Assembly (NCBI GenBank): GCA_019244185.1
Contig: JAFATB010000026.1
Span: 128,001-192,000, forward strand
DNA length: 64,000 bases
From: Acidobacteriota bacterium
GTDB taxonomy: Bacteria; Acidobacteriota; Thermoanaerobaculia; Gp7-AA8
Direction of reading: 5' to 3'
In this document: piece by piece, positions 58,128 through 64,000 of the stretch
Numbering within the stretch: position 1 is the stretch's first letter
Layout of the letters: the number at the start of each line of letters is the position of its first letter
Notes under the pieces: generated by a model
Database searches by the model: none
The model's input: the letters and a program-made list of their open reading frames with translations, nothing else
Told to the model about the DNA's origin: nothing
Translations under genes and position numbers: made by a program

Positions 58128-61100
58128 TCACGGCATCCAGAAATCCCGCGGCCACAAACGCACGAGCTGCGTCTCCGCGCCGTCTGCCTTTTTCAGATAT
58201 GACTCCCACGCGTCGAGCTGCTTGTCGGGGCCGATCGTGAAGTACACCGCGCCGGCGACGTCGGCGCCTTTCACGTTGTAGCCCGGCAGCGCGCGGCCGT
58301 AGACGGCGTCCTTGCGATCGAAGAGCGTGTCGCCGAGGGCGGGGTCGTTGCGCAGGGCGAGAATCGAGGCGCGGAACTTCTTCACCTGCTCGGGCGGCTG
58401 ATTGTCCGCGAGATCGTTGGCGATGCCTTCCGCGCGCGACTCGTACGTCGCGGCGGCGCGGCTCTCGCCGAACACCTGCGCGACGGCGTAGTCGGCGAGG
58501 CGCGGGTCGCGCTGCGCGTTCTTCAGCGTGTCGACGACGAACTTCACCGTCTGCGGGATCTCCGGCGTGCGCTCGGCGTAGTAGCCGGCGCGTCCCGACT
58601 GCACGGTCGCGCGCAGGCCGTTGCTGTACGCGAGGCCGTTCGCCAGCGTCTTGAGGAAGATGCCGTGCGCGCCGTAGCCGGCGAAGAGGCGCGAGGCGAG
58701 GTAGTCAAGCTGTTTACCTTTGTCGTCGTAGTCGGAAAAGTGCGCCGACGGCACGGACGTGATGATCACGCCGCCTTTCATGTTCGGCGCGAGCAGGCCG
58801 ATGTACGTGAACTTCGCGTTCGCGTCGCGGCCGAGGACGCGCGCGTCGACGAGACGCGTGCCGTCTGCCGCGATCGGATTCGAGGGGCCGTTGCCGAGCG
58901 ATGCCGTCAACAACTCGAGCGACGGGGCGAGCTGCTTGCCGAGGGACGTCGACGTGACGAGCCACATCCGCGCGCCGCTCTTCGCGAGGAGCTGCTTGCG
59001 CGCGGCGTCGAGGGCGGCGAGCGCCTGCGCCGGCGGCGTGAGCAGATCGTCACGCATCGCGGTAACGAGATACGTCCAGTCGGCGGCGAGGCTGCTGTCG
59101 GGAACATCGGTGAGCGTCAGCTCGAGATCCTTGCGCGCGTCCTGCGCAATCGGCTGCGCCGACGCGGAGAGCGCGCTCACGTTCTGCGCCGCGGCGAGCA
59201 GCGCCGCGCGGTCGCCTTTCTGCTGCGCGAGGTTCGTGAACCACTGCTGCAGCGCGTCGCGATCGGCGGCCGGCGCTTCCTTCAGCAGCCAGCGCAGGCG
59301 CAGCGCGTTGTGCGCGCGCGTGAGGAACGAGTCCGCCGCGAGAAACGCGGGGCTCGACTGCATCCGATACGCCGCCGCGGGGTTCTGCACCCACGACTCT
59401 TCCGAGCCCTGCATCGTGTTGCGCAGCGCGCTCAGCGACTGATCGACGACGTCGCGGATGCGCGCGAGATTCTCCGGCCGCCAGTCGGGATGCTGGAGGA
59501 CGAGCGACATCCACTCGACCGCGCGCTTCGCCTCGCCGATGCCGATGCCGGAGCCCGACACGACGAGCTCGACGCGGTTCGTGCGCGGGTTCGTCGAGAA
59601 GCGCGCGTCGAGATCGAGGATCTCCTTGCGCAGCCGCTCCGACATCTCGTCGTACGACACCGGCTTGCCGTTCTCGATCACGCCGACTCGCGTCAAAAGA
59701 GCAGGCATGAGCGAGAGATAACGAAGCTGCTCGCGCGAGAGCGTGTCCGCGCGCAGGACTAGCGCGGCCGTCGCGCTGGACATGTTGTCGAACGTCGACG
59801 TGACCATCGGCACGCCGCTGCCGAGCTTCGACTGCGCGTAGTGCAGCGGATCGTCGAGCGTCATCGGCGGGTTCTTGATGAAGGCCGGCGGCGCGATCGA
59901 CTTCGCCTCCTCTTCGATGTGCGCGGACTCCGCTTCCTGCTCGCCCTGATAGCGCTTCAGCGCGGCCTGCACGTCCGTCATCGAGTACTGCTTCGCGAGC
60001 CGCTGCGCCTCGGCCTCGGCGCGCGCGGTGCGCTCGCTCTCCTCGCGCTGCAGCAGGGCGGGACTCGGCTTCGCGGCGACGCCGTACGGCGTGACGTCGG
60101 TGAGCTGCCATTCGGCGAGCTTCGTCCGCCAGAGGTTCTTCCCCGACGCGAGCTGTTTGCGGATCGCGTCGAGCTGCGGCGCGAGCGTCACCGACTTGCG
60201 CGCGTCCGGCACGCGCTCGAGCAGCAGCAGCTGATCCATCCACGACGAGCGCGTGTTGCGGAAGCCGAACGACGGCGGCGTGTTGACGAAGTTCGCGAGC
60301 TGGCGCCGCGTGTCGATGAGCCGGTTCAGCACGCGCTCGTTGAATTCCTTCAGCTCCGGCGAGTCATCGCCGAACGCGGCCACGCGCGCGAGCTCGTCCT
60401 GCACGCGCTTGCGCACCTCGGCGATCTTGTCGCTGGTCAGACTCGCGACCGCGACGTTGTCGAGGATGAGCGAGAACTGCTCCCCCTGATCGCGCTCCAC
60501 ATTGTTGAAGACGCCGGTCGCGCCGGTCTCCATCACGCGCGTCTTGCTGTCGACGAAGAGCTTGTAGAGGTTCGTCGTCGCGTCGCCGGCGAAGCTGTCG
60601 GCGAAGAGCTCGAGCAGGATCGCGTCCTGCGCGGAGAGATTGACGCGCGTCGCCGGCCAGACCAGTGCGAGAGGGCTCGGCTGCTGGTCGTTGCGGAACG
60701 GATACTCGTCGATGCGGATCGTGCCCGTCGCCGCGGCTTGCGGCGCGGGGAGTGGCTTCGCTGTCGTCGACGGCCGCGACTGCGGCTCCGTCTCGACTTT
60801 GGTCAAGATGTTGTCCGTCCGGCTGAGGATCTCGGAAATGGGAACGCTCTTCGGGAAGGCGACGATGGTGCCCATGTTGCCGAGGTAGTAGTTCGCGGCG
60901 TGGAAGGCCCGGATGTCGGACGGCTGCATCGTGCGGATGCCGGACGGCTCGCCGCCGGAGTTGTACGCGAGCGGATGCTGCGCGCCGTAGGTGAGCAGGC
61001 CCGCCTCGCGGAAGAGAACGCGGTAGCGGTTCGCGCTGGAGCTGGTCATCTCGTTGTAGACCGAGCCCTTTTCCTCGAGCCGCAGCGTGCCGTCGGGATT

Positions 61101-61613
61101 CGACGTGACGCCGAAGTTGCGCACCTCGCGGCGGATCTCGACGTCGGTGTAGTTGGGATGCAGGAGCGCGTTGAGCTGCGCGCCGAAGAGATCGAAGAAG
61201 ACGTCTTTGCCGGCGGTGGTGTTGAAGTGATAGCTCGTGCGCCACTGCTGCGTGAACGCGTTCGAGCCGGAGAGCCACATCGTGTCGAGCCCCGCGAACG
61301 CGCGGCCGGTCGTGCCCTTGCCGAGGAGGAGATGCTCCTGCGTGTGCGGCTCGCCCTGATCGCCGACCGGAATCGAGTTCACCCACGTGTAGCCCTGCGG
61401 CACCGACTCGATCTGCAGATAGTCGAGCGTGAAGCCGCTGCGCTTGTGGATGAAGCGCGCGCCGAGCGGCTGCCCCGCGTCGTCGAGGTACACCGCCTCG
61501 ACGCGGAACCCGTCCGCGACGTCGCCTTTCTTCAGCTTGTCGAGCGAGAGATCGGCCGCGAATGCGGACAGCGTGACGAGAGCGGAGGCGAGCAGAAGAG
61601 CGGACATGCGCAT
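58128..61613 (-). CDS. Secreted M16 (PreP/insulinase-like) zinc metallopeptidase
   Basis: Signal peptide, HTQEH (HxxEH), NAFT, EKGSVYNEM, NSGGEP. Confidence 0.82.
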   Translation of the reverse strand: MRMSALLLASALVTLSAFAADLSLDKLKKGDVADGFRVEAVYLDDAGQPLGARFIHKRSGFTLDYLQIESVPQGYTWVNSIPVGDQGEPHTQEHLLLGKGTTGRAFAGLDTMWLSGSNAFTQQWRTSYHFNTTAGKDVFFDLFGAQLNALLHPNYTDVEIRREVRNFGVTSNPDGTLRLEEKGSVYNEMTSSSANRYRVLFREAGLLTYGAQHPLAYNSGGEPSGIRTMQPSDIRAFHAANYYLGNMGTIVAFPKSVPISEILSRTDNILTKVETEPQSRPSTTAKPLPAPQAAATGTIRIDEYPFRNDQQPSPLALVWPATRVNLSAQDAILLELFADSFAGDATTNLYKLFVDSKTRVMETGATGVFNNVERDQGEQFSLILDNVAVASLTSDKIAEVRKRVQDELARVAAFGDDSPELKEFNERVLNRLIDTRRQLANFVNTPPSFGFRNTRSSWMDQLLLLERVPDARKSVTLAPQLDAIRKQLASGKNLWRTKLAEWQLTDVTPYGVAAKPSPALLQREESERTARAEAEAQRLAKQYSMTDVQAALKRYQGEQEAESAHIEEEAKSIAPPAFIKNPPMTLDDPLHYAQSKLGSGVPMVTSTFDNMSSATAALVLRADTLSREQLRYLSLMPALLTRVGVIENGKPVSYDEMSERLRKEILDLDARFSTNPRTNRVELVVSGSGIGIGEAKRAVEWMSLVLQHPDWRPENLARIRDVVDQSLSALRNTMQGSEESWVQNPAAAYRMQSSPAFLAADSFLTRAHNALRLRWLLKEAPAADRDALQQWFTNLAQQKGDRAALLAAAQNVSALSASAQPIAQDARKDLELTLTDVPDSSLAADWTYLVTAMRDDLLTPPAQALAALDAARKQLLAKSGARMWLVTSTSLGKQLAPSLELLTASLGNGPSNPIAADGTRLVDARVLGRDANAKFTYIGLLAPNMKGGVIITSVPSAHFSDYDDKGKQLDYLASRLFAGYGAHGIFLKTLANGLAYSNGLRATVQSGRAGYYAERTPEIPQTVKFVVDTLKNAQRDPRLADYAVAQVFGESRAAATYESRAEGIANDLADNQPPEQVKKFRASILALRNDPALGDTLFDRKDAVYGRALPGYNVKGADVAGAVYFTIGPDKQLDAWESYLKKADGAETQLVRLWPRDFWMP

Positions 61614-61673
61614 GGCGGCCGGAGTGTACTCCGCGCGCAGATGTGGGTTAGGTGAATTCAGGAAGACATGAGA

Positions 61674-62510
61674 TCACTTCCCCTTCGCCCCCTCCACCCG
61701 CGGCAACAGCACATCCCGCACATACTGCCAATCCGGCACGAGCCGCAGCGCCTCGCGCGCCTCGGCGCGCGCGGCGGGGAGATCGGGCGGGGTGGCGTTG
61801 ACGTGCGCGTACGCGAGCGCCATGAGCGACTCCGGTTTGCCCCAGTCGGGGAGGGGGGAGTGGGAGGGCGGGGGCGCGAGCTGCACGGCGCGTTGATAGA
61901 GCTCGATCGCTTTCGGTACATCGCCGCCGATCGAGGCGGGCTTGAAGAGGAGGTCGCCGCCGGCGACCCAGAGGACGCGGGGGTTGTCGGGCTCCAGCTC
62001 GCGGGCGCGGGCGAGGAGGCGGGCGGCGCGGGTGAAGCGCTCGCGCATCACCGCCGGGTCGTCGCGCAGGAGGTTGCCGAGCCAGCCGTTGACCGATGAC
62101 GCGGCGGCGTAGGCATCGGCGAAGTCGGTGCGCTGGAGCATTGCGGCTTCGAACTCCGCGTCCGCTTCGATGAGGCGCGTCTGCAGGTCGCGGACGCTCA
62201 TGTGGTGATTGGCGCCGTTGATCGCCGCGCGCCAGCTCGCGTAGCCGGACCAGTAGTGCGCGAGGTAGCCGAGCTCGGGATCGTCGACGAGCGGCGCGAG
62301 CTCGCGGCGGAGGCGCAGCAGGCCGGCGATGTCGGCGCGATAGTCGGCGCGCATGGCGCGCTCCTTCACGGTCATGAGACGCGCGCGTACGGCGGCCGCG
62401 TTCGACGACGCCGTGGCCGCGGGTGCGAACGCGCAGCTGGTCAGCTTCGCGACGAACCGCGGGTCTTCGAAGATGAGCAGCAGCATGACGGCGCACGCGA
62501 CCGATCTCAT
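61674..62510 (-). CDS. TPR-like hypothetical protein
   Basis: Helical repeats, PDNPRV, GGDVPKA, PDWGKPE. Confidence 0.65.
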   Translation of the reverse strand: MRSVACAVMLLLIFEDPRFVAKLTSCAFAPAATASSNAAAVRARLMTVKERAMRADYRADIAGLLRLRRELAPLVDDPELGYLAHYWSGYASWRAAINGANHHMSVRDLQTRLIEADAEFEAAMLQRTDFADAYAAASSVNGWLGNLLRDDPAVMRERFTRAARLLARARELEPDNPRVLWVAGGDLLFKPASIGGDVPKAIELYQRAVQLAPPPSHSPLPDWGKPESLMALAYAHVNATPPDLPAARAEAREALRLVPDWQYVRDVLLPRVEGAKGK

Positions 62511-62872
62511 TGCGCGCCTCCGCGCTGCCAGATGCCGAAGACGCGGCGGTCGGGATCCTCGAACAGCGCCAGCGCGCCCATGTTCGGGATCTCCATGCGC
62601 GGCACGAGCGTCGTCCCGCCGGCCGCCTCGATCTTCGCGCGATACGCGTCGAGATCATCGACGTCGATGTACAGCGCGAGGTTGCCGGGCCACGGCCCGT
62701 CCTGCGGCGTGGTAATGCCGCCGTTGATGCCGTTCTCCGCGCGCGTGTCGACGAGGCGGTAGTTCAGCGCCTCGATGAACGTCACTTCCCAGTCGAAGAC
62801 GTCCGCGTAAAAGCGTCCGACCTTCTCCGGATCCTTGGACCATAGTTCCCAATGCACGACCGGTTTGCCCAC
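62507..62872 (-). CDS. VOC/glyoxalase family protein
   Basis: RBS AAAGGAG; VVHWEL..FYADVFDW..GINGGI..YIDVDD..FEDPD. Confidence 0.88.
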   Translation of the reverse strand: MGKPVVHWELWSKDPEKVGRFYADVFDWEVTFIEALNYRLVDTRAENGINGGITTPQDGPWPGNLALYIDVDDLDAYRAKIEAAGGTTLVPRMEIPNMGALALFEDPDRRVFGIWQRGGAQ

Positions 62873-63008
62873 GTCTGCTCCTTTCGATTTCGCGCAAACG
62901 GTGAGGCCGCGGCGGACGTCCGCCAACGACTTTTCGGCGGACGCGCGCGACGGCTCGGCGAATCGACCGGAGCGCCTGCACGTGGCGAGCTACCATGAGC
63001 CAGCGCTC

Positions 63009-64000
63009 ATGCTCGTCCGCACGCTGCTTCGAAATCTCGCACTGCTCGTCGCCGCGTGGCTGCCGTTTTTCTCGTTGTGGGTCTTCTTCGCGGCCGCGTA
63101 CGGGCATCAATCGGTCGGCGCGGCGTCGTATCTCGCCTTCTACACGATCGGCAGCGCCGCCTTTCTCGGCCTCGGCGTCTGGTACTACTGCGCGGCTTAC
63201 CGCTGGCCGCAAGAGGTGCGCATCGGCTTCTACGCGCGTCACCTGGCCATGGCGTCGCTGTACTCCGCGTTGTGGATCCTGGCCACGTACTGGATCGGCA
63301 GTCTCCGCTTTCACGAATCGCTGTGGCATTCCATCGTCACCTCGCAGATCCTCGGCTGGCAGTTCGTGATGGGCGTGTGGCTCTACGGCCTCGTCGCCGG
63401 CGTGACCTACGCGATGCAGACGCGCGAGTGGGCGACGCGCGCGGAGATCCGCGCCGCGCGCGCGGAGGCGGCGCTGCACGAGGCGCGGCTCGAGGCGCTG
63501 CGCAACCGCCTGCATCCGCACTTTCTGTTCAACGCGCTGCACACCGTCGCCGCGCTCGTGCGCGAAGACGCCACGCGCGCCGAGAACGCGGTTGACAAGC
63601 TCGGCGAGCTGCTGCGCTACACGCTCAGCGAAGAGCGCGACGTCGTGCCGCTGCGCGAGGAGTGGGAGCTGACGCGGCGCTATCTCGAGTTCGAGCAGCT
63701 GCGTTACGAGGAGCTCCTGCGCGTGAAGGCGGAGATCCAGTTGGAATCGCTCGCCTGCGCCGTGCCGTCGTTCGCCGTGCAGACGCTGGTCGAGAACGCG
63801 GTGCGGCACTCGATCGCCACGCGCACGACCGGAGGCCACGTCGAGGTCTCCGCGATCGTGAGCGACGGACGCCTGCGCGTCATCGTGCGCGACGACGGCT
63901 CCGGCGCCGGCGGCGACGCCGGCATGCGCTCCGGCTTGCGCACGCTGCGCGAACGCCTCGCCGCCGTTCACGGCAACGACGCGCAGGTGACGTCGCGCAC
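63009..64000 (+). CDS. LytS/YehU-type membrane histidine kinase (3' end outside window)
   Basis: Manual translation: TM helices, then LEALRNRLHPHFLFNALHT, LGELLRYTL, QTLVENAVRH, VRDDGSG. Confidence 0.9.
   Translation, partial: MLVRTLLRNLALLVAAWLPFFSLWVFFAAAYGHQSVGAASYLAFYTIGSAAFLGLGVWYYCAAYRWPQEVRIGFYARHLAMASLYSALWILATYWIGSLRFHESLWHSIVTSQILGWQFVMGVWLYGLVAGVTYAMQTREWATRAEIRAARAEAALHEARLEALRNRLHPHFLFNALHTVAALVREDATRAENAVDKLGELLRYTLSEERDVVPLREEWELTRRYLEFEQLRYEELLRVKAEIQLESLACAVPSFAVQTLVENAVRHSIATRTTGGHVEVSAIVSDGRLRVIVRDDGSGAGGDAGMRSGLRTLRERLAAVHGNDAQVTSR

Overview
GC-rich bacterial chromosomal window with about 55 densely packed genes. Gene content (Oar-like TonB receptor, tandem VWA proteins, sulfatase-TPR proteins, PMT-TPR glycosyltransferase) suggests Acidobacteriota, perhaps Thermoanaerobaculia; this is inference. 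Housekeeping features are ispH, a polyprenyl synthase, rnc-envC-ctpA, sat-cysC, efp and tRNA-Phe. No transposase, integrase, CRISPR array or rRNA was seen. The main items of interest are: (1) a coupled FG-GAP/dockerin gene and cohesin-like scaffold gene; (2) a c-di-AMP (ydaO) riboswitch heading a TonB receptor, TPR, 2 sulfatase-TPR, 3 VWA envelope cluster; (3) a four-gene cassette of glycosyltransferase, 2OG-Fe(II) oxygenase, Nmad2-like protein and MurL-like PP-loop enzyme; (4) a chemoreceptor fused to a cytoplasmic family-5 solute-binding domain; (5) mirror-image ECF promoters; (6) apparent pseudo-enzymes (ABC ATPase, CtpA); (7) a pervasive leaderless-gene signature. All family calls come from reading motifs by eye; no database search was run.
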